From Candidatus Magasanikbacteria bacterium RIFOXYC2_FULL_42_28 (lineage in GTDB: Bacteria > Patescibacteriota > Patescibacteriia > Magasanikbacterales > GWA2-37-8): 64,000 nt of DNA. The DNA lies in NCBI GenBank assembly GCA_001784435.1, contig MFQZ01000001.1:16032-80031 (forward strand). Reading direction: 5' to 3'. This document shows positions 9,086 through 17,837 of the stretch, in pieces. Position 1 is the first letter of the stretch. Each line of letters begins with the position of its first letter. The notes under the pieces were generated by a model. That model did not search any database, was not told where the DNA came from, and saw only the letters and a program-made list of their open reading frames with translations. Made by a program: the position numbers and the translations under genes.

Positions 9086-9101
9086 TAATCTTAATTGAAT
9101 T

Positions 9102-9317
9102 TTAGAATCGAAATGTTATTCGTCCTTTGGTCAGATCGTAAGGCGTCATCTCTACTTTTACGCCATCGCCAATACTAAGACGAATTTTATTAAGGCGCAT
9201 TTTGCCCGACAAATGGGCGATTATTGTTTGGCCGCTTTCGAGGGTTACTCGAAAAGTACCAGCTGGCAATAATTCAGCAATCGTGCCTTTGATTTCAATT
9301 GTGTCTTGTTTTGACAT
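9102..9317 (-). CDS. infA: Translation initiation factor IF-1
   Basis: [29 protein letters not shown]. Confidence 0.98.
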   Translation of the reverse strand: MSKQDTIEIKGTIAELLPAGTFRVTLESGQTIIAHLSGKMRLNKIRLSIGDGVKVEMTPYDLTKGRITFRF

Positions 9318-9340
9318 TAATGAAATTTTCGTTCGGGGCT

Positions 9341-9369
9341 ATTTTAAGCCAATTTTATTATTTTGTCAA
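9341..9369 (-). promoter_or_regulatory. Sigma70-type promoter of infA
   Basis: TTGACA-17 nt-TAAAAT on the minus strand. Confidence 0.7.
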
Positions 9370-9382
9370 GGGCGGGATGGCC

Positions 9383-9391
9383 TGTGGATAA
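9383..9391 (-). promoter_or_regulatory. Perfect DnaA box
   Basis: TTATCCACA just upstream of the infA -35. Confidence 0.4.
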
Positions 9392-9417
9392 CATTTACTA
9401 CCGTTATTACAAACAAT

Positions 9418-9900
9418 TTACTCACTTTTTTGGCTAATTTCAGCTAAATTATCAGGCAAAATAACTACTCTATACACCCAAAATTTATACAAAAAGAAAT
9501 TCCAACTGACCGCAAAAATAACATTTAAAGTCCGCAATATTAAATAGGCAACATCTACTGTGTGGACACCAAACCCTAACGGCCATGATACACCCACCGC
9601 GTCTATCCACAACCACATCCACGCAATTGAAAAAAAATAATTGGCAATTAATAACATAATAAATCTTTTCATCTGACGCGTGGTGTTACCGCTGGATTTA
9701 AAAGACCAAAATTTATGCGCGTAAAACACATAAACAACCACAACAATTTGCCCCAGCGCCACCGCGATTGTCGGTTTTAATTTTAAAAATTCTTTAAAAA
9801 ATATCAAAACGAGAATATCCAAAACAAACGCGCTGCTACCGGCGAGAAAATAATTAATAAAACGATGAACGTAAAGATAGTTGTAAAGTTTTTTAAACAC
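9418..9900 (-). CDS. GtrA family membrane protein
   Basis: 4 TM segments, RF..Y..AG...F..D, HKFWSF, WNFFLYKFWVY. Confidence 0.85.
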   Translation of the reverse strand: MFKKLYNYLYVHRFINYFLAGSSAFVLDILVLIFFKEFLKLKPTIAVALGQIVVVVYVFYAHKFWSFKSSGNTTRQMKRFIMLLIANYFFSIAWMWLWIDAVGVSWPLGFGVHTVDVAYLILRTLNVIFAVSWNFFLYKFWVYRVVILPDNLAEISQKSE

Positions 9901-9902
9901 AA

Positions 9903-11753
9903 TTATTCTAAAATCGCTTTAATCCTACGCACCCCGGCCGAAACCGCTTCTTCTTTCGTAATTTTAAACTTGCCCAAAGTACCAGTGTGCTCCACATGCG
10001 GTCCGCCACAAATTTCACGGCTAAAAGTTAAAGAATTTTCATGGACATGCGCCGGTTCACCGGGATCGCCGATAGTGTACACTTTTACTTTGGCTTCATA
10101 TTTATCACCAAATAATCCAATCGCACCTTTTTTGCCCGCTTCCTCGACTGACATTTCGGCAAACGAGACATTATAATCGTGACTAATAGCGTAATTTAAC
10201 AATTCCTCCACGCGCTTTTTTTGTTCATCGGTTAATTTTTCCGGATGTGAAAAATCAAAACGCAGGCGTTCGGCGGTAATATTACTCCCCTTTTGTTCCA
10301 CATGCTTACCCAAAACTTCGCGCAAAACCGCGTGGAGTAAATGCGTGGCAGTATGGTATTTGGTGGACATCTCACTGTGATCGGCCAAGCCACCGGCAAA
10401 TTTTTGCTCAGCGCCAGCGCGCGATAATTCTTGATGTGCTTTGAAAGCGGTTTCAAATCCATTCACATCTACTTTCAAACCATTTTCGTTCGCCAACTCC
10501 AAAGTCATTTCTAACGGAAAACCGTAACTCTCAAATAAACGAAACGCTTGCTTGCCGGAAATTTCGCTTACCACTTTGCCGGTTTTTTCCAGCGCGATTC
10601 TAAAACCATCCAATAATTTTTCCAATTCTTTTAAACCACTCTCAATCGTATTTCTAAATTTACTTTCTTCTTGGGCGATTTCGTTTAAAACAAATTCGCG
10701 ATTACGATTAACTTCCGGATAAACATCGGTAAAAATTTTAATTACCACTTCGGCAATTTGCGAACAGAAATTTTCTTTTAACCCCAAATTTCGTCCATGG
10801 CGAACTGCGCGCCGAATTAACCGGCGTACAATATACCCCTGATCAACATTGCTTGGCGCAACGCCTCGGTCATCGCCCATGATCATCGTGGCCGTGCGAA
10901 TGTGGTCGGCGATAATACGCATTGATTTGGTAATTTCCGGTGATTCAATATATTCGCGTCCGGAAATTGATTCTATTTTTTGGATTATCGGCCAAAAAGT
11001 GTCGATTTGAAAAACATCAGAAAATCCATTTAATACTACGAGTGTGCGTTCCAAGCCCATACCGGTATCAACATTTTTTTGCGTGAGTGGAACATATTTG
11101 CCTTCGGCGTTTTTATTATACTGCATGAAGACATCATTCCAAATTTCCAACCAATTATCTTCGTCAGTCGCCGGGTTACTGGACTCCGGCGGAAATTCAC
11201 TCTTACCCATCCAAAAAAACATCTCCGTATCCGGACCGCACGGGCCGGTTTGTCCGGCCGGACCCCACCAGTTATTAACCCTTGACAAAAAGGCGATTTT
11301 GTGCATTGGCACACCCAAGTTTTCCCAAATTTTGGCTGATTGCTCATCTTTGGGCGCGTTCTCATCTCCCAAAAATACCGAAACGGCCAGTTTGCGCTTA
11401 TCCAAGCCCAGCCACATTTCGGATGTTAAAAATTCCCAACTCCATTCAATGGCTTCTTGTTTAAAATAATCACCCAGCGACCAATTTCCCATCATTTCAA
11501 AAAAAGTATCATGACGATTGTCCCCCACCTCGTCAATATCTTGCGTGCGAATACATTTTTGGACATTGGCCAAACGTTTACCCTCCGGATGTGTCTCCCC
11601 CATTAAATATGGTACCAGCGGATGCATACCGGCCGTGGTAAACAAAACCGTCGGATCATTTTCCGGAATCAAAGGCGCGGACGCGATAATGGCGTGATTT
11701 TTGCTTTTGAAAAAATCCAAATATTTTTGACGAAGTTCGTGGGATGTGATCAT
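9903..11753 (-). CDS. alaS: Alanine--tRNA ligase (lacks C-Ala domain)
   Basis: LFTTAGM, HDTFFEMMGNWS, DTGMGLER, HTATHLL, CGGPH, GVRRIKA at the C-terminus. Confidence 0.97.
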   Translation of the reverse strand: MITSHELRQKYLDFFKSKNHAIIASAPLIPENDPTVLFTTAGMHPLVPYLMGETHPEGKRLANVQKCIRTQDIDEVGDNRHDTFFEMMGNWSLGDYFKQEAIEWSWEFLTSEMWLGLDKRKLAVSVFLGDENAPKDEQSAKIWENLGVPMHKIAFLSRVNNWWGPAGQTGPCGPDTEMFFWMGKSEFPPESSNPATDEDNWLEIWNDVFMQYNKNAEGKYVPLTQKNVDTGMGLERTLVVLNGFSDVFQIDTFWPIIQKIESISGREYIESPEITKSMRIIADHIRTATMIMGDDRGVAPSNVDQGYIVRRLIRRAVRHGRNLGLKENFCSQIAEVVIKIFTDVYPEVNRNREFVLNEIAQEESKFRNTIESGLKELEKLLDGFRIALEKTGKVVSEISGKQAFRLFESYGFPLEMTLELANENGLKVDVNGFETAFKAHQELSRAGAEQKFAGGLADHSEMSTKYHTATHLLHAVLREVLGKHVEQKGSNITAERLRFDFSHPEKLTDEQKKRVEELLNYAISHDYNVSFAEMSVEEAGKKGAIGLFGDKYEAKVKVYTIGDPGEPAHVHENSLTFSREICGGPHVEHTGTLGKFKITKEEAVSAGVRRIKAILE

Positions 11754-11812
11754 ATTTTAATTTCAGATTTTAGATTTATGATTTCAGATTTGTATCTAAA
11801 TTATGCAAGTAT

Positions 11813-13324
11813 TTAATTTATCTTTAACAATTTTTTCGCCTCTTCTCGACCAAAATTAAATTCCACCCAGCTGGCATCAGACGACAAAATTTTTAGCAGA
11901 TTATATTTATATTTAAACGCCGCTCCCGCAAAATCTTTGGGGAAGTCCTCGTCGTTTGTATAAAATTTTGAATAGGAAACCTGCTCTTTGGTAAACCCAC
12001 GGTCAAACGCCCGCTTGATTTCCGGCAAAGCATCCACGGAAAGCCCGCTAAGCAAATATGATAAATCCAAATTTTTCTGTTCACCGGCAATCATCCTGTC
12101 TACATTTTTACGCGCGATTATTTTATCAACATTTAAACTGGCCACCAAAGTAAAGGCCAATAACCCCAAAACCAAATACAAACCAAACAGCCGACGAAAT
12201 TCAACTTTAAAAATCACCGCAATAAAATAAATCGCTTGAACCAAAATTACCAAATATATAAACCATTCCACGTAAAGGCGCAAAACCGTAAAACCATACG
12301 CATCTTGATACAAATTCATGCGTTTTAAGGCGGACAACGCGACCAGACACACTTGCGCTGACAAAAATAACTGCAAAAATCCCATGAGCCGGGCGCCATT
12401 ATGCGCGCAATAGGACCGATACACGTAAAACAAAAGCGCGAAAGAAATAACCAAAACCCCAACCAACTGGAAAAAACCTTGCCGAGCGTATTTGGCGTAA
12501 GTCAATCCGTTTTGCAAAACAAATTCGCTTGAGCCGAAAAGATATTTGATTTGAATGATTACAAACAGTAAAAATAGCGCGTTAATAAGCCCAAGCACGA
12601 TGCTCGCGATAAAATTATCATGCGCCTTTACTTTATTTACATATTCAAGTAAGGAATGTTCGCGAGACAGTGTCGCGTAAAACAGTCCAGAAAGAAAAAC
12701 AAAAATCACGAACCCGCGCAAAACCCGCCCCACCGCCGCGGGCGTAATGTTAATTTTAAAAACATTATCCAACAAATCCGCGAATATCCGATCCGCACTG
12801 TAAAACAACACGCCGAATAATAATAAAATCGGAAAAGCGATAAGAAGCGCGGTAGCAATTTTTTTATAATTTTTACTGGGTACGGAATTAGATTGCGACA
12901 AATCTTTATACACCAACACCATCTTGCCGAACCACAAAGCAAAATTACGCAAAACCGGAATATTTAATAATTTGAATTTATATCCGGCCGGATTGTGTAA
13001 AGTCGCCAAAACAAACAATAAAACTGATAAAATAAACACCACCCACGGCACTGCCATTTTTACCAAAGCGTTATTGTATAAAACCACATCAAAACTCAAT
13101 ATCAAAATTGGCAAGGTTAGAAGCAAAGCCAATTTTTGACGTAATTGATTGGTGATAAACGCCAAGGCCAAAAACGCGTAAATAAAAACAAACACAAAAA
13201 CAAACCAACCTAAGCCGAGTTGGCGATTGTTGAAAAATACATCAAAAAATATCGCGGCCAAAAGCGCCAAGGCGATATAGGCCAAACGAGACCAACGTTT
13301 ATCGTGAATATTTTCGTGAAACAT
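11813..13324 (-). CDS. Polytopic membrane protein, DUF4153/DUF4173-like
   Basis: LFYSAD.IF, YAKYARQGFFQL, RMNLYQDAYGFTVLRL, LSVDALP. Confidence 0.75.
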   Translation of the reverse strand: MFHENIHDKRWSRLAYIALALLAAIFFDVFFNNRQLGLGWFVFVFVFIYAFLALAFITNQLRQKLALLLTLPILILSFDVVLYNNALVKMAVPWVVFILSVLLFVLATLHNPAGYKFKLLNIPVLRNFALWFGKMVLVYKDLSQSNSVPSKNYKKIATALLIAFPILLLFGVLFYSADRIFADLLDNVFKINITPAAVGRVLRGFVIFVFLSGLFYATLSREHSLLEYVNKVKAHDNFIASIVLGLINALFLLFVIIQIKYLFGSSEFVLQNGLTYAKYARQGFFQLVGVLVISFALLFYVYRSYCAHNGARLMGFLQLFLSAQVCLVALSALKRMNLYQDAYGFTVLRLYVEWFIYLVILVQAIYFIAVIFKVEFRRLFGLYLVLGLLAFTLVASLNVDKIIARKNVDRMIAGEQKNLDLSYLLSGLSVDALPEIKRAFDRGFTKEQVSYSKFYTNDEDFPKDFAGAAFKYKYNLLKILSSDASWVEFNFGREEAKKLLKIN

Positions 13325-13329
13325 ATAAA

Positions 13330-14679
13330 TTATTGAATACCTGGTTTGTAATTAAAAAAATCAACAAACACATTTGATATATTAAGTAGCGGAAAATTTT
13401 CCGATGGGTACGCCACCCAAACTTTGGGCTGATAGCTCATCACAATGCTAAAAGCATTACGATATGACTCCTCAAACGAAACCATGCCATTGAGCAAAGA
13501 TTTATCATCTTCTTGAGTCGGTGCGATATCACTATTCAACCTGGCACCAATTTTTAAATTGACAAAACTTCCATAATTAATCATTTGATCGTGCATACTC
13601 TGCAACCCCGCCGTCTCCGCATTAAGATTATTGAGACGCTTAATCTCACTTCTTATAACAGATAAATTTGATTGGTAATGGGAATCAAATTCACCCAAAT
13701 TATTCATGTAAGAAATTACATTTCCATGTGAGTTTACAATTTCTTTTCGTTTAAAAAAATCTGCGTCAATTTTATTCAATGCGTCTTCGGCTTTACCATT
13801 TTTATATAAAAGGTCAGAAGCATCACGCGCATCAACTAATTTTGACACCCCCGTTTGAAACAAATTGTATTGAGGCGATACGTCAAAATTTTTCACAGCC
13901 AAATCGTCAACTGTGGTTTTTAAAGTAACTAATCTCTTTTTATAATCGACTATACTTTCATCCGCACTCTTTAAAACTCGAGCCCATTTCACAGCATACT
14001 CTAACGCCGGCCGCGATATATTTATTTTTGCAACCAAATCCTTCAAATTATCGACATTAATAGTAAGCAGTTCATTGTCTTCTTTAATGCCTTGAATTTT
14101 GGAATAAACAACATCCAATGCCGCCAAATTTTCTTTTACACCGGCCGGTGCCGCTACGCCGCGTTTTTCTATAAGATTTTCCAATTGATGTTTATACCAA
14201 AGTAAATCGCGACGCATGAATGAAAGTCTTTTTTTCAATGCCGGAATAAAATTATAATAATCCAAATCAACTGATAATGAAGTTAATTTATCCTGTATTT
14301 CTGACGCGGTAAAGCACTGGATTCCTTTTATTTGTTTGTTGGGATTTTTTAATACTTCTACGCCATATCTTATCTTCGCTAAATCAAATATGATTGGATC
14401 ATAAATGACAGCGCCAAAACTCTCTATACTTAAACGTTTATCATTTAATTCTTTTAGTGCATCCTCCATTTCAACAATCGTCATTTGTTTTTTTTCAGGT
14501 TGCAGTTGAGTAGTAGAGACAATACTGGTGATTTCCGCTAGCGCAATTTGATTCGTATCGGAAAAATTAGCAACTAAATTTGCCTGCTTTGAGTATCTAA
14601 ATACCAAAACTAAAATTATTACAAATAAAACTAATATTGGCACAAAAAACGTAAATACCACCACCAATTTCTTGTTCAT
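13330..14679 (-). CDS. Hypothetical membrane-anchored coiled-coil protein
   Basis: N-terminal TM segment followed by a long helical region; no motif recognised. Confidence 0.6.
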   Translation of the reverse strand: MNKKLVVVFTFFVPILVLFVIILVLVFRYSKQANLVANFSDTNQIALAEITSIVSTTQLQPEKKQMTIVEMEDALKELNDKRLSIESFGAVIYDPIIFDLAKIRYGVEVLKNPNKQIKGIQCFTASEIQDKLTSLSVDLDYYNFIPALKKRLSFMRRDLLWYKHQLENLIEKRGVAAPAGVKENLAALDVVYSKIQGIKEDNELLTINVDNLKDLVAKINISRPALEYAVKWARVLKSADESIVDYKKRLVTLKTTVDDLAVKNFDVSPQYNLFQTGVSKLVDARDASDLLYKNGKAEDALNKIDADFFKRKEIVNSHGNVISYMNNLGEFDSHYQSNLSVIRSEIKRLNNLNAETAGLQSMHDQMINYGSFVNLKIGARLNSDIAPTQEDDKSLLNGMVSFEESYRNAFSIVMSYQPKVWVAYPSENFPLLNISNVFVDFFNYKPGIQ

Positions 14680-14706
14680 AAAATTTCGGATTAACACAGA
14701 ACTACG

Positions 14707-16011
14707 TCATTTACTCAAGATTTCTCCCCCACCCAAACATTCGCCTTTCAAGTAAAAAACAGCAAATTGCCCTGGAGTGACGGCGCGTTGGGGTTTGGTG
14801 AATTTGACGACGAGAGATTGCTCCCCGTATCGTGAGTACGGGGCAGGCTGTCGCTCGGAATGACAACTGGTTACGACACAATCTTGCAATTCTTGACGAT
14901 GACGGAGCCGTACTTTACATTTTAGCGGTAATTTTGGGGTTTGTCCAGCGAGCCAGTTTATGCCCGAGACAGTTATTTCTTTTTTAAATAAAAGTGGATC
15001 GTCGTTTGTGCCGACGATTATGGTGTTGTTTTTTGGGTTTTTTTCGATAACGAACAGTGGTTTTTGTTCCCGGGTGATTGCTCCCACCACCCCCTCGCCC
15101 CCTCCTCGGGCAGGAGGGGAGAAACGAACGCCGACGCGTTCGCCGATGGTGTAAAACGGCAGGCCATCATGTTCACCCAATAATTCGCCACTCGTGGAAA
15201 TAATTTTCCCCGGCTTGGCTTTTACTTTTCCTTTTAAAAATTCTCGCATTGGCATTTCGCCGACAAAACAAATTCCCATGCTTTCGGCTTTATCGGCCGT
15301 GGGTAAATTAAATTTTTTTGCGAGTGCGCGCACTTCAAGTTTAGTGTAACCGCCAATTGGAAAAAGTGTTTTACTTAATTGTTTTTGGGTGAGTTGGTTT
15401 AAGAAATAAGTTTGGTCTTTGTTGGTGTCGGCGGATTGTAATAATTTACAGGCGACTTTGGGACAGAGATCCCGACTTTCGTCGGGATGACAAGTGACGG
15501 GCTTGCCCGGCGTAACGCAGTGAAGCCGGGCGTAATGTCCCGTCGCGAGTTTATCAAAACCTAACTTTTGCGCTTTTTCTAACCAGGCGCCAAATTTTAC
15601 AAATTTATTACATAAAATATCCGGGTTGGGCGTACGGCCGGCAGAATATTGTTTGTAACAATAATCTAACACCATTTTTTTATATTCTTTGACAAAATCC
15701 AAACGGAGTAATGGTATTTTTAATTTCGCGGCCACACGGAGGGCGTCTTGATAATCGGCGTGCCAGCAGGGCTCCGTTCCGACTACGTCGGAACTACGCC
15801 CTGTAAACACACTACCAGAAAAACTTGCCGGGCGTAGTCCAGAGGACGAAGCCCAACTTGTGGGGCGTAGCCGTTCAGGCGAAGCCCCATAATTAACCAT
15901 AAAAGCACCGGTCACATCATAACCAGCTTTTACGAGCAAGGCCGCGGCAACGCTTGAATCCACTCCGCCGGACATTGCGACCAAAATTTTTTCTTTTCTT
16001 TTACTGGCCAT
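14707..16011 (-). CDS. mnmA: tRNA 2-thiouridine(34) synthase MnmA with in-frame repeat insertions
   Basis: MSGGVDSSV, TPNPDILCN, ATGHY, KDQTYFL, ESMGICF, PGQFAVFY; four non-homologous loop insertions. Confidence 0.95.
   Translation of the reverse strand: MASKRKEKILVAMSGGVDSSVAAALLVKAGYDVTGAFMVNYGASPERLRPTSWASSSGLRPASFSGSVFTGRSSDVVGTEPCWHADYQDALRVAAKLKIPLLRLDFVKEYKKMVLDYCYKQYSAGRTPNPDILCNKFVKFGAWLEKAQKLGFDKLATGHYARLHCVTPGKPVTCHPDESRDLCPKVACKLLQSADTNKDQTYFLNQLTQKQLSKTLFPIGGYTKLEVRALAKKFNLPTADKAESMGICFVGEMPMREFLKGKVKAKPGKIISTSGELLGEHDGLPFYTIGERVGVRFSPPARGGGEGVVGAITREQKPLFVIEKNPKNNTIIVGTNDDPLLFKKEITVSGINWLAGQTPKLPLKCKVRLRHRQELQDCVVTSCHSERQPAPYSRYGEQSLVVKFTKPQRAVTPGQFAVFYLKGECLGGGEILSK
14813..14865. 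repeat. GTCATTCCGA-family palindromic element, in frame in mnmA
   Basis: GAGATT...TCGCTCGGAATGACA with nested CCCCGTA/TACGGGG hairpin; encodes CHSERQPAPYSRYGEQSL. Confidence 0.75.
15088..15122. repeat. CCCCTCCT/AGGAGGGG hairpin element, in frame in mnmA
   Basis: GC-rich hairpin encoding SPPARGGGEGV. Confidence 0.6.
15464..15531. repeat. Two adjacent palindromic elements, in frame in mnmA
   Basis: ATCCCGAC-TTTC-GTCGGGATGACA plus ACGGGCTTGCCCGGCGTA...GAAGCCGGG (18 nt identical to the dnaG copy). Confidence 0.75.
15767..15889. repeat. Three GGGCGTAG-hairpin-CGAAGCCC elements, in frame in mnmA
   Basis: One inverted and two direct copies; encodes GASPERLRPTSWASSSGLRPAS...GRSSDVVGTEP. Confidence 0.75.
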
Positions 16012-16018
16012 ACTGACC

Positions 16019-16047
16019 ATTATATTACATTTTCAGGCAAAAATCAA
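16019..16047 (-). promoter_or_regulatory. Promoter for a probably leaderless mnmA
   Basis: TTGATT-17 nt-TATAAT ending 7 nt before the ATG at 16011. Confidence 0.55.
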
Positions 16048-16055
16048 GATAAAAC

Positions 16056-16086
16056 AAAAAACCACGCCTTTTAAAACGTGGTTTTT
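16056..16086. terminator. Intrinsic terminator after the DUF805 gene
   Basis: AAAAACCACG-loop-CGTGGTTTTT. Confidence 0.7.
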
Positions 16087-16096
16087 AAGAACAAAA

Positions 16097-16483
16097 TTAC
16101 ATACTTGCCGGAGCCGATGGCGTGGCGCCAGCACCTTTTGGACTGGGACCGTATTGATTATCGCCCGGCTTACTATCTAGAACTGTTAAGACGAAAAACC
16201 AAATACCGCCGACGAGCGGAATCAAATTTATAAAAATCCACCAACCGCTTTTACCAACATCGTGTAAACGACGAACAGTCAAAGCCCAACTTGGCACGGC
16301 TATCGCCAAAGCATATGATACATACAAACCATATCCTACTGTATAGGAAACTGCGGTTGTGCCACCATAAAATAACACGGCTACGATCACGGTATTTATT
16401 AACGCGAACATCCAATACTCCGCCCGGCTAGCCCGCCCGCTAAACACTGCGTATTTTTTTAAAACGTCTATATACCAATGCAT
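16097..16483 (-). CDS. DUF805 (YhaH-like) membrane protein
   Basis: FSGRASRAEYWMF, VRRLHDVGKSGWW, GDNQYGPSP. Confidence 0.92.
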   Translation of the reverse strand: MHWYIDVLKKYAVFSGRASRAEYWMFALINTVIVAVLFYGGTTAVSYTVGYGLYVSYALAIAVPSWALTVRRLHDVGKSGWWIFINLIPLVGGIWFFVLTVLDSKPGDNQYGPSPKGAGATPSAPASM

Positions 16484-16524
16484 ATTGATATTGTTAAATT
16501 GATTGATGCGATGGGCGCATCCTA

Positions 16525-16573
16525 ATTTAAATATATATTTAAATATATATTCAAGTATATACTTGAATATATA
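16525..16573. repeat. ATTTAAA-TATATA-TTTAAAT palindrome extended as a 12-bp periodic array
   Basis: TTTAAA TATATA TTTAAA TATATA TTCAAG TATATA CTTGAA TATATA; shares ATCCTAATTTAAATATATATTTAAATA with 54619-54645. Confidence 0.7.
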
Positions 16574-16637
16574 CAGAAACTTGCCTACCGGTAAGCAAAT
16601 TATAATTGTAAACAGTTTAATTATACCACAAACTAAT

Positions 16638-17711
16638 CTAATTGGCTACTAATTCTTCAATAATCTTTATCACCTGTTCCGGTTTGGCAATCGGTAAAAC
16701 TTCATGTAACCTCTGTCCAAGCGAAGCGCGTTTGTCCGGGTTATTAATTAATTCCTTAACCATTTGGGTTAATTTAAGCCCGCTATCGTGGGTTTCGTCT
16801 AATGCCAATACCGCGTTTTGGGAGCTTAATTTTTTCACGTTTTCTTCTTGGTGCGTGCCGTTCATCGGAATTAAAATAGCCGCTTTTTTTAAAGCGGCGA
16901 GCTCGGTAATCGTAGCAAATCCGGCGCGCGCCACTACCACGTCAGCCGCCGCGTAGGCAGAAGACATCTCGCTTGTAAAAAATTTATAAACATGATAATT
17001 GGAAAAAACATTTACGGCGCGTTCGTTTAATTCCGCCGGACGCTCACGACCGATCAAATGAATAACCTCATAATCACGTGGCCAACCACCGACACTTTCC
17101 ATAATTAATTTATTAACCGTCATAGATCCGGTACCGCCACCTAACGCAAAAATAACCGGCCCCGTGGCTGATAGGCCAAATTGCTTACGCCCTTGCGCCA
17201 CATCACAAGTTAAATCCCGCGCCGGGTTGCCCAACCACTGCGTTTTATGAGCGGGAAATTTACTAACAGTTTCTTGTAAAGCGGTAGTAATTTTGTCCGC
17301 GGCTCTGGCCATCAAACGATTGGCAAGCCCGGGGACGACATCTTGCTGGTGAATCCAAGTTGGAATTCCGAGTAACCACCCGGCCCAATGCAACGGCACA
17401 CTCACAAATCCCCCACCGGAAATTAATAAATCCGGTTTTTCTTGCCACAAAAAAAACAAAGAATTAAAAAACGCTAAAATAATTTTAAAAATATCAATAA
17501 TATTCCATAACGAAAAATACCGGCGCCATTTGCCGGCAATAATCGTATAAAACGAAAGGCCGCTTTCTTTTACCAATTCTTTTTCCGGACCATTTTTCGT
17601 CCCCACCCAAATAAATTCCGCGCCCGAATTATGACGCTTATAAATTTCGGCAATGGCCAAAAGCGGTACGACCGGCCCCAGTGTTCCACCACCGGACAAA
17701 ATTATTTTCAT
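16638..17711 (-). CDS. murG: MurG glycosyltransferase
   Basis: SGGGTLGP, GGFVSVP, PGLANR, GGGTGS, RAGFATITE, HQEEN. Confidence 0.93.
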   Translation of the reverse strand: MKIILSGGGTLGPVVPLLAIAEIYKRHNSGAEFIWVGTKNGPEKELVKESGLSFYTIIAGKWRRYFSLWNIIDIFKIILAFFNSLFFLWQEKPDLLISGGGFVSVPLHWAGWLLGIPTWIHQQDVVPGLANRLMARAADKITTALQETVSKFPAHKTQWLGNPARDLTCDVAQGRKQFGLSATGPVIFALGGGTGSMTVNKLIMESVGGWPRDYEVIHLIGRERPAELNERAVNVFSNYHVYKFFTSEMSSAYAAADVVVARAGFATITELAALKKAAILIPMNGTHQEENVKKLSSQNAVLALDETHDSGLKLTQMVKELINNPDKRASLGQRLHEVLPIAKPEQVIKIIEELVAN

Positions 17712-17731
17712 AATGAGTTACAAAGACCACC

Positions 17732-17828
17732 TGTCATTCCGACGACGAAGGAGGAATCTCTATCCCGTTGGACAATTTTACGGAAAAATGGAGATCCCTC
17801 GTCGGCGCGAGCCTCGCTCGGGATGACA
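17732..17828. mobile_element. MITE/REP-like element with TGTCATTCCGA...TCGGGATGACA inverted ends
   Basis: 11-bp imperfect terminal inverted repeats and inner GGAATCTC/GAGATCCC; same family as the inserts in mnmA and FemX. Confidence 0.7.
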
Positions 17829-17837
17829 AATGACAAA

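Noticed and set aside
9903-11753. alaS as a truncated pseudogene
   Set aside because: Aminoacylation and editing motifs are intact; forms lacking C-Ala are known in reduced genomes
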